64,000 nucleotides of DNA, from the NCBI GenBank assembly GCA_951406725.2, contig OX597821.1:49414001-49478000 (forward strand), in the 5' to 3' direction. The notes below the pieces were generated by a model. That model searched no databases, was not told the origin of the DNA, and worked only from the letters and a program-made list of their open reading frames with translations. Each line of letters starts with the position of its first letter. Positions within the stretch are counted from its first letter, which is position 1. This stretch comes from Octopus vulgaris (Eukaryota). A program made the translations under genes and the position numbers. Of this stretch, positions 52,431-64,000 are shown piece after piece.

Positions 52431-54560
52431 GTATCCTTTTCTGTATATTGGAGTTGACACAATGTTTCATTCTCAACAGTATGGTCAGCATCAGTCTGCT
52501 TATGTGTGAAGTGCACCATCTTACTGTGTTTTACTGTTATCATGTCCTCTTTTTGGTACTGGCATGTTTTAAATGGGTTGTTACAGTTTGTCATTATTCA
52601 GAGTTACTGTCCGAGATACAACAAGAACATGTCTCACTCCCATGTTTCCCATTTTAGCATGGTTTTTACAATTGGATGCTTTTTTCTCATACCAACTAAT
52701 TTACAATGTGTACTGGGTGTATTTTAATCATGGCACCAGTACTAGTGAAGTTGTCTTCTCAGTTTAATGCACTCTTCTATATATATTTCTATATTTTACG
52801 CAAAGGGCATCTCTAGGTACACAAAAGTAGCCCAACTAAGAACCCAAGCAACATGACAGTTCTCAGCTTTCATTGGTTTTTATCAGTGAAATCGATATGT
52901 GTGAAATTTACTTACCTTCCTCAATATGATGTAAGATGATGAACAAAACAACCAATAATACTGCAATGTGTATATAGTAACAAGATTAAAGTGTCTATAG
53001 TTACGGGATTACAGTGTGTATATAGTAGCAAGACTACAATGTATGATGAGGAATCAAAAGTTATCCATACTTTCGCCATAACATACTTTTATTATCATTA
53101 CACTGCTTACACTGTAAAGCCAGAAAGAAAAATGACGCAATCAGGCTCAAACTTCTATCACATGACCAGAATAGTACCAACTATAAGCACACGTGCACAG
53201 AAGGCAGTATGACAATAATAAAGATATGTTATGGTGGAAGTGCAGATAATTTGACTTCCCTTCGTGTCTATGCTAACAAGGTCACACTGTATATATTATT
53301 AACAAGATTACAGTGTACATAGTAACAAGATTATTGTGTTTTTAGTGACAGGACTACAGTGTATCTATTGTAGCAAGACTACAGTATGTCTGTAGTTACA
53401 AGGTTACAGTTTGTTTATAGTAACAAGGTTGCAGTGTAACTATAGTAACAAGACTACAGTGTGTGTGTGTGTGTGTATCATGATGCAGTGCTTGGGCCCA
53501 TTGAATCCTGTCAAACCACCAACCTATGCCTTTATGGAAACATGGACATTAAATGTTAATGATTTATATATATAAAACACTGTGAACTAAACAACATTAA
53601 ACCATGTATATACAAGACACACTGATCTAAACAATAACAGTACGGTATGTATAAATAAATCACTAGACTCCTGCTGTCTTAGTCCACCTCGGAGTGTTGT
53701 CTTTCAGTAGTTCTCATTTATGATTCACATCCCACAGAGTCTACTTTGACCTCATAAGAATAAAAATTATACTGTTCTTCTTGGTTAATGTTCTGTATGT
53801 ATATAGTACAATGCTAGGGACATAATAAAACATAAAAAAATAAATAAAAGAGGCACATTGGCTGAAATCCATTTCTTTTGAACAGTGGTAGGCTGGTGGT
53901 GCTATTGAATTAGTTATACAATAACACCCACCCTTACCTTGTAAGTGTCAGTGGGTTTTTTTTTTTCTTTGAAAGAAAGATGGAGTTTTTCCTTATATTT
54001 TTATATTTCCCTGTATTAGAAATCAGTTGGTATTAACCTTTTTGTTACCATATTTCTGTTGAAATACATTGATTTTGTTTCAATTAAAATATAAAGTAAT
54101 AAAAGAATTTATTAAAATAACTAATAATTAATTTAGTCTTTGGAACATAAATTTACTGAGTAGTAACAGCTGGAGCAATGGTTTGAAATAGCCCAATGTT
54201 GTGCCATTGAACTGTTCTTTTTCTGACAATTTACTCCATGTGACTGGTACGACATACAAGTAGTAACATCACTAGATGTTGTCATTACTGTATTGTACCA
54301 CACATGAATAGCAACATTACTAGATGTTGTTGCTACTGTCTGGTACCATATGGAAGTAGGAATATCACTAGATGTTGTGTTACAGAAACAGGAGTGGTAT
54401 CAAGCAGACTTGTATTAAAAGAGATAAAGAACATTTCACAAAGATATCTTGATAAAATGTGATTGTTAGTAAAAGCTAGGCTTTTGAGGTTTTCTTTTTG
54501 TAATTTTGAGTTTATTATGTTGCTTTAATCATTACCATATATTCCTTGATCAAGCAATAG
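52431..54560 (+). other. U12-type (minor spliceosome) GT-AG intron of NCLN
   Basis: 5' site GTATCCTTT. Branch sequence TTCCTTGAT at 54542-54550, 10 nt before the end of the terminal TAG. No polypyrimidine tract. Splicing restores the nicalin frame (AA+A = Lys). Confidence 0.93.
52965..53462. repeat. Degenerate ~25-30-bp minisatellite (TATAGTAACAAGATTACAGTGT) in two clusters
   Basis: About 3 units at 52965-53045 and about 7 units at 53270-53462. Confidence 0.8.
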
Positions 54561-54649
54561 ATATAATTTGGTGTTTTTATTGACTGGTGGTGGGAAATTT
54601 AACTACCAGGGGACTAAACGCTGGATTGAAGACAGTCTTGAATCAACTG
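54561..54649 (+). CDS. NCLN: Nicalin exon 7
   Basis: YNLVFLLTGGGKFNYQGTKRWIEDSLEST contains the conserved nicalin GGGKFNYQGTKRW; donor G|GTAAGT, phase 1. Confidence 0.95.
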
Positions 54650-54844
54650 GTAAGTTACATACATAAACATAGGTAATTTATACTGTCCTTGTTTGTCCCC
54701 TCTGTCTTTAGCCCCTTGTGGGTAATAAAGAAATAGGTAGTAATAACGGATATTCTTATTCCTTAGATGGTTATTCCAATCGCTAACTCTACTTACCTTA
54801 TATATATACATACATACATACATACATACAGATATGTTGATGCA

Positions 54845-55550
54845 AACATACAGTCTGCCTTTCATTCTGAGGATGAGGCCCTTTGTTACCAACAGAGTTA
54901 GGAGCTCTCTGATCTTTGCCCCATCTATTTTTATTCTCGCAACTACACTCTCAGAGCATCCACCTCCACAACTGACTTGGTCACCTAGATAACAGAGGCT
55001 ATTAACTACCTCTAGCTTACCCACCTTGCATTTGATGGAGTACATTTGTAGTGTTTATTGTACCTGTGCACCTTTCATACACAAAAACTATTTCCTTGTT
55101 AACCTTCCTTTGATATTGCTGCACCTCTTATGTGTCCATAGCTTACACTGAGTACATCTTATGGAGTATCTACCTACGCCTTTTCTACAGATCAAGCAGG
55201 GCCATCTATCTCAAGGAATTTGTAATTTGTCTGCTTTCTTACTTACTAAGACTTTGGTTTTTGCTGGATTAACTCTAATGCCATTCGATTCTAGACCTTG
55301 CTTCCACACCTCAAATTTCTTCTCTAGTTCTGGAAATCATTCAGCTATGAGAACAAGGCCATCAGTATAGAGGGGCAGCCCATCCTTAATTCCTCTGTTA
55401 TTGCCTGGAGGACTATGATGAACAAGAGGAGCTGAGGACTGATCCTTGGTGAACCCCTACTTATAACCTAAATGCATCACTATTCTCGCTGCCAGCCCTC
55501 ACCTTCTGACAGCATCCCTGCACATGCTTTGTACAGCTCTCACCAACCAC
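54845..55550 (-). mobile_element. RTE-like LINE RT/PHD fragment
   Basis: Minus strand GVHQGSVL, LYTDG, RVNPAKTKVLV, WPCLICRKGV...RCTQCKLWTHKRC, LEVVNSLCYLG. Confidence 0.88.
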
Positions 55551-56087
55551 TAGCATGGAAAGCAGACGTTAAACGATGATGATGATGATGATGATGAAAG
55601 CAAAGGACCACTGATGCAGTCACAGGAGTGTGACGAGAGAACTCTGGCCGAAATAAGATTAAGCTTAATGTAAAAAATAAATAACGCTGAAGCAAAGTAA
55701 CACCAAATATATAGTGCGTGTGTTTTTATTGGCTAAACTGGCAAAATGACCATTCCTAAATACAACAATATCTGTTTCAACACACGATTTCACATCAAAA
55801 ATCTTGCAAAACAAATATATAAATGTAACATATATATTTATAAGATGATCAAATAACAATGTGGAGGTGGAAAACTGGAATAAGCACAGCCTGTTTTCAA
55901 TTGTCCTTATTTCCCACACACCACCTTATCATCACCTCTCTCTTTCTCTGTCTAGTAAGTTTTTCTCTATCTTTCTCTCTCACTCTGTCTCATTCTGGTA
56001 TCCACTAGATATGTTCAGACACATTAAACACATGGGGATGGTGAACATCCACATTAATGATATATATTCTAATATTATTTATTTCAG

Positions 56088-56212
56088 ATAACAACCAGTT
56101 AACAGATGTGGCCTATGTGCTATGTCTTGATACCATTGGCACTGGTAACACTTTGAACTTACATGTATCTAAACCACCCCGAGAAGATAGTGCTGGTGGA
56201 ATTTTCTTAAAA
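56088..56212 (+). CDS. NCLN: Nicalin exon 8
   Basis: TTTCAG acceptor; (D)NNQLTDVAYVLCLDTIGTGNTLNLHVSKPPREDSAGGIFLK; donor AAA|GTAGGT, phase 0. Confidence 0.95.
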
Positions 56213-56546
56213 GTAGGTAGTTTTTTTTTATCTGTTCGTACACTAAATTTGCAAGGAATCTTTAAATCTCTTAAATTATTATTTACATTGTTTGATGACT
56301 TTTCTGGAATTGAATACAAAACATATTGCTGTGCACATTTGTTGGTATAATGGATTGGGAAAAGAAAATTATGTGTTCATCAGTGCAAGCATGAGTCCAG
56401 GATTGTTTCACAACTATGTGTTAGATCTTGTGTTCATAGATACTGTAGAGAAACCTGTGTGTGTTTATTTTAAAATGTGTCTGTGTTTCTTTAGACATCT
56501 TGATATTGACACTGCTTGAGCAGTAGTTATGGTTGTGTCCTGCATA

Positions 56547-57325
56547 CATGGTCTGATCAATAAGTATCCGGACTGTTGCCATAGTAGCGAAACTAAAGCA
56601 AGAAGAGTGAAGCTGCTTGGCACAGATTGAACTCTGCTGTGCATACATACTAAGTTTTAACGTTCTAGCTCACTTTCCCGGTTTATAGCAGTGCTTGGAA
56701 GGGACATGTGTAGCTTGTGATCATCACATTGACCATGATAGAAATTTGAAGCGAGAATCTGCATCAAATTTTGCCAAAAGAGGCCTATGCAAAGTTTTCA
56801 AAAAGTTTTCATCATTCTCAATGCAATCCAGATCTTGTACTACTGAAACCCAAGTGTCTTCTTGGTCAGTTGAAAGTAGTTTTGGCACAAACTTGGCAGA
56901 CATGTGTCTCATACTCAAATCTTCAGTGATAGTGGACTGAACTGAACTGTAACTAATCTGCACATCCTCTGATTACTCATGAATGGTTATTCGACGATTT
57001 CCTCTTTCAGCTGCACGCACATCTGCGATGTTTTTCTCAGTTCTGCTGGTTGCAGATCTCCCAGAACGTTCATCAATATCAGCATCTTTTAGGCCATCTT
57101 GGAAATGTCTGAACCACTCGTACACTTGTGTGCAACTTATACATTCTTCTCCATACACTTTGCGTAGGCCTCTGAGCAGGTATTGCCATGACAACTTCCT
57201 ACCAAGCACTGCTGTAAACAGCGGAAGTGAGCTAAATTATTAAAACTTAGTGCACATGCACAGCGGAGCTCAAGGGGAATTTTTGCAAAGTGGCAACAGT
57301 CCAGATACTTATTGATCAGACCTCC
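56547..57325 (-). mobile_element. Internally deleted mariner element
   Basis: TA TSDs. ~33-bp TIRs GGTCTGATCAATAAGTATCCGGACTGTTGCC / GGCAACAGTCCAGATACTTATTGATCAGACC. Transposase N-terminus VYEWFRHFQDG...DERSGR, MRHMSAKFVPKLL. Confidence 0.92.
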
Positions 57326-57603
57326 TAACAAGAAGTCTAGTAGGTACCTTCAACATATCTTCAGCATGTGAAGATATGGGATCAAGCACTTTATTTGAGG
57401 AAGAGTATCCAGTTGGAGAATACTGCCTCAAGAAATATTTTCTTATGCCAACATGGGAAATGTAGACATTAAAATTATTTGTATTTGTAGTGAGTAGGTT
57501 TATGGCTGTCCTTTTTTTGTGGCAACTCTGCAAATTTCATTTTCTTTTGATTTTTTTTCCCCCCTCAACACCACACTTTATTCTTAAATTCTCTCTATAC
57601 CAG

Positions 57604-57794
57604 AATTTAGAAGAAATTACCAAAAAATTTTTCCCTGATGTGCAATTTAAGATGATACACAAAAAAATCAACTTGGCTGAGGACACTTTAGCCTGGGAAC
57701 ATGAGAGATTCAGCATAAAGAGACTGCCAGCATTCAGTCTTTCCCGACTGGATACACACAAGACAACAGAGAGGGCAACTGTTCTCGATGTTAG
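57604..57794 (+). CDS. NCLN: Nicalin exon 9
   Basis: ACCAG acceptor; [47 protein letters not shown]...VLDV; donor AG|GTAAGT, phase 2. Confidence 0.95.
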
Positions 57795-59378
57795 GTAAGT
57801 AGAAAATTTGTGCATGGCTCTCTCTTTCACCTCTTTCACAGAACCAATGATGAATATTTTAATTAAACAGCATACAATGATAGTAGTGCTAATGTTTAAT
57901 CCAATTATGATAATCTGACCACTGTACCATAACCTAACCAGGATATCTTAATCCAGCTCTAACCCCCCTGACTTTTATCCTACTAATATAACTCAAACAT
58001 ACTTACCCTAACTTTTGTACAATAGCTCAATTTATAAGCTAATCCAACATTGATGGTTGGATATAATACTTGTTTAATAACAACAATCATCTTCATGATT
58101 AGTGTCAAAAAAGGCAAAAAAAACCCTTCAACTGGGAAGGAGTAATAGTATTGATGGGGGAGATGGCTTTGTGCCTGTTGAGAGGGACAGAGATAGGCAT
58201 CTTGCTGTAGATACATGGATGCCCCAGTTGGAAAGGAAAGGAGAATGAGATAGAGAGTAAGATAAGGAGACTAATAGTGCAGAGATGATAGCGAACGTTA
58301 GTAGGAATATACCTTTGAGAGGCTTTGGAGGTGGTAAGATTAGGCAAAGTGATATAGAGGTTTTGGGTGGGCAGGTTAGAGGTGCCTGTAGCAAATGATG
58401 GAGAGAAACCTAGGTGAGGTTCGAGGGCAGGGGTTGCAGTAGATATGTGAGGGCATTGAGGGTGACAGCAGAGAAGCGAGATGTTAATGATGGAGAACAG
58501 TACAGAGGGAACAAGGCACAGAAATGTGATTGGTGAAGACAGTAATGAGAATTGGAAGTGGTTCTGAGAAGTGAAAGGTGTTAGGAGATGATATGTGGAA
58601 TGGGGAAGGATGACAGGGAAAAGAGGATGGTTGTGGGGCAGAACCCCTCATGGACATGCATTACTAGGGTGGTTTTTAGAATATCGATTTTGCTGTGGTG
58701 AGTGAGTGCCAAATAGACTCAGTGTCTTGAGATCGGCCTACAATACTTAATTTTGCTTGAGAAAAAAAAATGGTCTTACCTAATCAAAACCTGAAACACT
58801 GGGGAGTTAAAATAATGAATTGAAATAATAAGTTTTAGCAAATCAAAACAATGCAAATTGTTTTGAAGATTTAGCAAATGCTAAATAGATTACTGTTAAT
58901 AAGCTGTCTGTTTATACATATGAAACATTTTTCGTCTAATTGATGTCACGATGGCTTGTGCAAAAAATGCTGAAATTTTACGATTTTTGAAAAATCAATG
59001 CTGACTAAAAATTAATTCCAAGTGCGTAAGTGACCACATGGACATAAGCCTCACATATGTGTTAAGTTTTATCAAGGTCTGTTGGATAGTCTTGGAGGAG
59101 TTAAAGTAACAAACACACAAACTTTCCATTTATTATTATAGATATATCTAACCTCCCTATTTCTATCTGTCTTAGCTGCTATTTCCTACAATGTAGTTAG
59201 CCTTCTTTCTTGCCCACTTCCATCTGGAGACCTATATAAACCTGTCTTGCCTATGTGGTGCCTAAATTTTTACACTGCTTGCTGTTATCCTGCACCACAT
59301 ATGTCCCCCTAAGCTAAGAAAATCTCTCTTCTTTTAATTCCATCATTCATCTAATAATACTAATCTAATTTTAAACAA

Positions 59379-59552
59379 ACTTTCATATCGCTTGCTTAAT
59401 TTTACGATATTCCCTCTTGTAGTGTTTTATTCACAATGTCTTATCATATTTTGTTAGTTTACAATAACTTTCATATCGCTTGCTTTAATTTTAGAATATC
59501 CCTCATGTAGTGTATTATTCATGATGTCTTTCCATATTTTGTTTGTTTGCAA
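59379..59552. repeat. Tandem duplication, two ~88-bp units
   Basis: ACTTTCATATCGCTTGCTT...GTAGTGT.TTATTCA..ATGTCTT..CATATTTTGTT.GTTT occurs twice. Confidence 0.85.
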
Positions 59553-59587
59553 TTTCATTTCTCCATGGTCAAGTCTTTCCTTCTGTT

Positions 59588-59623
<36 letters not shown>

Positions 59624-59780
59624 GTTATTTTCCTGCAATCCAGTTACCCACTTTTTCCTTGTTTCCTTATTTTGTGTTTGAGTGACTGACTGACCTCCCT
59701 GTTTCTTCATGATGCACCCACCCAAATCCACCCCCACCACTTATACTTGAAATCTCCTATTACACCAGTAACCTCCCCTT

Positions 59781-59814
<34 letters not shown>

Positions 59815-59949
59815 GCATGTATATATGTATGTATATATTTATGTGTATAAATATATACTCTATTACTTTTTTACTCATTTCAACCATGCAGCTGTAGTCA
59901 CGCAGGAGCACCACTGTTTTTCTGATTTCCTCAGTCTGGGGGTGTTTCA

Positions 59950-60600
59950 CATCATCACTCCTGTATGTGCCTTTGTCCCAGCTGTTGGTCTATTTGGTGT
60001 ATAAGGGAGTTTGATTATGTTGCCTTCGCCTGCACATCATGTTGGGCTATTGGTTCATGTACTATTGTGGCGAGGAGGATGTCTGGTTCCTTTTTGAAAA
60101 CATCTACTTCCATCTTATGCAGATTTCTTAATTTTTGTGGCAGGGCATTGAAGAGTTGTGGGCCTTTGAACCATAGACTATTGCAGTACCTGATCCTGAA
60201 TTTAGACAAAGTGGATTGTATCTTTGGTACAATACAATGGTGGCCAGTTCTGGCATTTGTATAACACTTGATGCTGAAATTAGGTACTAGCCCTTCTAGA
60301 GTTTTCCATAAGTAGATTGTTACATACTTGGCATGCCTTTGCTCCAGGGAGTAAAATTGCAGTTTTCTCAGCCTATTCCTGTAGCTCATCCACTGCCATT
60401 TCAATTTCTTTAATGTATGGTGTTGGACTGCTTCAGGCTCCACTATTAGTATGGTACTATGTGGTGACCATAACTGGGAGCAGTATTCCAGGCAGCTGAG
60501 AACAAATTTCCTCCACAGGGTCAACATTGTTTCTTGGTTTCTAGTCTTAAAGAACCTTAGTATCCATCCTGCCAGTTGTCTGCACTTGTGTGGGAGTAAA
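59950..60600 (-). mobile_element. LINE ORF2 C-terminal fragment (CR1/Jockey-group)
   Basis: GWILRFFKTR, LEYCSQLWSP, YSLEQR, GPQLFNALP. Confidence 0.85.
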
Positions 60601-61431
60601 CTATAATCCAAATAATAAGACAAAGAAATCCTTTAACACTTCTTGAATGATTTGCATGAAAGTTGTAGTAAAAGGTTTTTTTGTCTTCTTATTTAGATTA
60701 TATACACACATATATACATAATATATGACAGGCTTCTTTCAGATTCCGTTTACCAAGTCCACTCTTAAAGCTTTGGTTGGCCTAGGGCCATACAATGGGA
60801 CTTGACCTGAATCCATGTGCTTGGGAAGCAAATTTCTTACCACACAGCCACACCTGCACCTAAACACTGTTCAATAATCCAGTATTAGGAGATGCAACAC
60901 TGTTTAACAAAAGCTATAATTATATTAACAATAAGAGGATACTGCTCAGAGATGTCACTATCAATCAGTTGAACATTTCATGAGAATGCTTTGTTGATTT
61001 TGAATCTTGTCATAAGAAGCCCAGAAGGAAAATATTTTTTAAAAAGTCAGACAATTTTATCAACTCTCCCATGCACACATGCATGCAACATATTGATAAA
61101 GAAAACAAACCAGTGATAGAGACTATATGGCTGCACACCCAGCTAGTAATAACAGCAAACCACCCTCAAATCACTTCTTACCATCTTAAAAAGGGGTAAA
61201 ATGCATCAAATAATATAGTCCAAGGTACAAATATCTGTAAAAAGATGAGATGGTCAAAGTTTGAATGTGTGCATAACTTCAGAATTTACTATTTTCTATA
61301 TGAAGTTAATGGAAAAGTATAATATTTAAAACAGCCACCTATTGCCTCTCTTTTCATCATACAGTACATATCTTCCGTTTACCATCACTGCTAATCATTA
61401 TTGAACAATCTTTTTTTTTTTTTATGTTTAG

Positions 61432-61549
61432 GTCTCGAGTTGATACCAGCGTACTCAGCCGTAATATACAAATAATAGCTGAAGCACTTGCTCGTCATAT
61501 TTATAATTTGACAAACCAAGGCCAGTTTCGTTTGTTTACAGATGGTCTG
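61432..61549 (+). CDS. NCLN: Nicalin exon 10 (gene continues beyond window)
   Basis: Poly-T plus TTTAG acceptor; (R)SRVDTSVLSRNIQIIAEALARHIYNLTNQGQFRLFTDGL; donor CTG|GTAAAT. No stop codon or C-terminal TM segment seen in the window. Confidence 0.93.
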
Positions 61550-62089
61550 GTAAATATCTTTTTTTAACCTTGTTATTATTAGAATGTAAAATTTTAAATA
61601 CTCGTTTTTTTTTTTTTTCATGAATCTTATATGATACTGTTGGCGTAGAACTGTAGGAACTTGTAAGTTGACTAAGTGATATTGATAATCGTTATTATTA
61701 TTTGAAATGTCATGGATGTTAGAATTGGTTCAGTGTCAGATTAGTTCATTTACTGACAATGATATTTATTATTATTGCAGTAATGAGCTTATAGAATTGT
61801 TAGTGTATCAGACAAAATGCTTAGCTTTTCCCTAGTTTCATACATTTTGAGCTTAAATATTGCCTTTCATCCTTTTGGGGTCTATAAAATAAAGTACCAG
61901 TCAGTACAGGGTGTGATGTAATCAAGTTGTCCTATCCTTTTCCAAATTTCTGACTTTGTGCCAGAATTAACAAAGAACTATTATTGTTACTATTAATAAG
62001 GTAGTGAGCTGGCAGTCATTAGCATATTTAAGAAGGTGATAGCATTTCTTCCAGCTCTTTACATTCTGAGGGTTAATGTTTACAAGTAC

Positions 62090-63140
62090 ACCGGCACAAA
62101 AAATTGACCTTTTTTTTTTTTAAAAAAAAAATTTTCAGTGGATTCCTATGTTTTTGATGATGGAGATTCTGAATATGCCAAAAACCATTTTTTCAAAATT
62201 TTGAATTCCCCCCTCCCCACCTTAAATTTAAAAATTTTAATTTTTCGAATTTTTTTTTCTATTGACATGGAAACATGGAAATTAAGAATATGGAAGAAAA
62301 AAAAATTCATTTCAAATTTTCTGTGAGGAAACTCCAAAATTGATTCATACGCCCCTCACCACTTCATCCCGCTGTCTAAAAGTGAAAATGAACAGCTTGT
62401 GTGAGTGTGTGTCAATGAACAGAGAAAATATGCTAGAAATAACAGCCAAATCTCACATAAACGGACCCCTCCACCCCTTTAGATAGAAAATTGTTTTTAT
62501 GGAATCCCACGTTTTTGGTTATGGAGATTCCAATTCTGAAAAATATTGTTTGTAAAATTTCAATTTTTCAAGAAAAAAAGGAATTATCTCCAACCCCTTC
62601 TCTTGCACAAACTATCTTGAAGCCTATTGGTCCTGAATCAAAAGACAGTTGAAGCATATCACTGGATCATCGGGCAATACGAAATGGTCTTGTGTCGATG
62701 AATCTATGTATCAAGAAATGTATGGATTTAGGGCGAAGAAAAATTTTCAGAATTTCTATACATTTCTCAAACACATTGCCGAAGTTTATCCCCACTAAAT
62801 TCCAACAGTTGTAAAAAAAATTAACACTTTCATTTCACTTTGTCATATAACTGCGGGATATTACTCTGAAAGAAATCTTTGCAGAAAGGTGAGTAGATAG
62901 ATTACATATTTCTTTCATTATGTTATCACAGTTTTGTGAGATTTGGCTGTTATTTCTAGCATATTTTCTGTGTTCATTAGCACGTGCACAAAAACACACA
63001 AGCCGTTCATTTTCACTTTTAGACAGCGGGATGGACTGGTGAGGAGTGTATGAATCAATTTTGGAGTTTCCTCACAGAAAATTTGAAATGAATTCTTTTT
63101 TTCCCCCATATTCTTAATCTCCATATTTCCCCAAAGTTGG
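62090..63140. repeat. Foldback-like element with ~190-bp internal inverted repeats; same family as 15.4-15.9 kb
   Basis: 62270-62457 versus reverse complement 62935-63127. GCTAGAAATAACAGCCAAATCTCACA and TCTACTCACCTTTCTGCAAAGAT are shared with 15765-15840. Confidence 0.75.
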
Positions 63141-63764
63141 AAAGAGGTGACTAGTAAGTGATTGATTATTATTATGGTGGTGAGCTGGCAGCATTCTATT
63201 TTGAGATCAAATCCCTCCAAGGTAGACTTTACCATTCGTCCTTTTAGGGCTGATGAAATAAGTACCAGTTGCACACCGGGGTCAAAATAATTGACTACCA
63301 CCCACCCCAAAATTTTAGGCGTTGTGCCTACAGTAGAAAGGCCCCCCCCCCCCCCACTTTCTACTGTAGGTACAAAGCCTGAAATTTTTGGAGCTGGGAC
63401 TAGTTTAATTAAATTGACCCCCCCCCACCAATGCTCAATCAATAAAATAAGTACCAGTTAAGCACTAGGGCCAATATAATCGGCATCCCCAGCCCTCAAA
63501 ACAGCTGGTTTTGTGCCAAAATAAATTATTAAGGCAGCAAGCTGACAGAATTGTAAGCACACTGGGCAAAATGCTTAGTGGCATTTCATCTATTTTTGTT
63601 TTCTGAGTTCAAATTCCACCAAGGTTGACTTTGCCTTTCATCTTTTCAGGGTTGTTAAAATACCAGTTGAACACTTCCTGTTCCTCCAAAATTGCTCGAT
63701 TTGAAATTAATAATTATTATTTTGTAACACAGTATGGATATAAAATGCTGATTTTTTTTGTTTT

Positions 63765-64000
63765 AATAATAATAATAATAATAATAATTGTGTACAGTGC
63801 TCAGGTGCACTACAACTCATCTAAAGTGTATATATAATCAGGTGAAGTTTCGGCGGATTTCGGAAAGCATGAGGGCCTTAAAAGATGCAGTGTCATGGCA
63901 GTCAACAACTGACGCAGGCAGTTTATTCCATGCTTCAGCAACTCTGAGTGTGAAAAAATGTTTCCGAAAGTCATGGGAGCTGTATTGTTTTCTGACTTTG
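63765..64000 (-). mobile_element. Second copy of the same CR1-like LINE 3' end (runs off window)
   Basis: Near-identical reverse complement of ~11815-12067, including the (AAT)n tail. Confidence 0.9.

Noticed and set aside
51930-53462. Repeated ~25-42-bp units as a CRISPR-like array
   Set aside because: The context is a eukaryotic intron, the units are degenerate and tandem without unique spacers, and there are no cas genes.
54552-54554. Alternative in-frame AAG acceptor 6 nt upstream of exon 7
   Set aside because: It is too close to the U12 branch adenosine, and the TAG at 54560 gives the conserved protein.

Overview
AT-rich, microsatellite- and transposon-dense animal genomic DNA. The SINE families and repeat landscape suggest an octopus/coleoid cephalopod (inference). 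The one clear host gene is nicalin (NCLN) on the + strand. Ten coding exons (13722-61549, 1314 nt, 438 codons) splice in frame, and the gene continues past the window end. Intron 6 (52431-54560) has the full signature of a GT-AG minor-spliceosome (U12) intron. The rest is mobile-element material: RTE, CR1-like and Hero/R2-like LINE fragments, two Helitrons with Pif1 remnants, mariner/Tc1 and probable Chapaev-like transposons, a TTAA MITE, a solo LTR and two tRNA-derived SINE types. The most notable observation is a set of Penelope-type inverted structures carrying hammerhead ribozyme motifs, including an identical, nearly canonical pair at both ends of a ~2.2-kb inverted element in NCLN intron 4. 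No database searches were possible, so family names come from motif recognition and repeat boundaries are approximate unless TSDs/TIRs are quoted.
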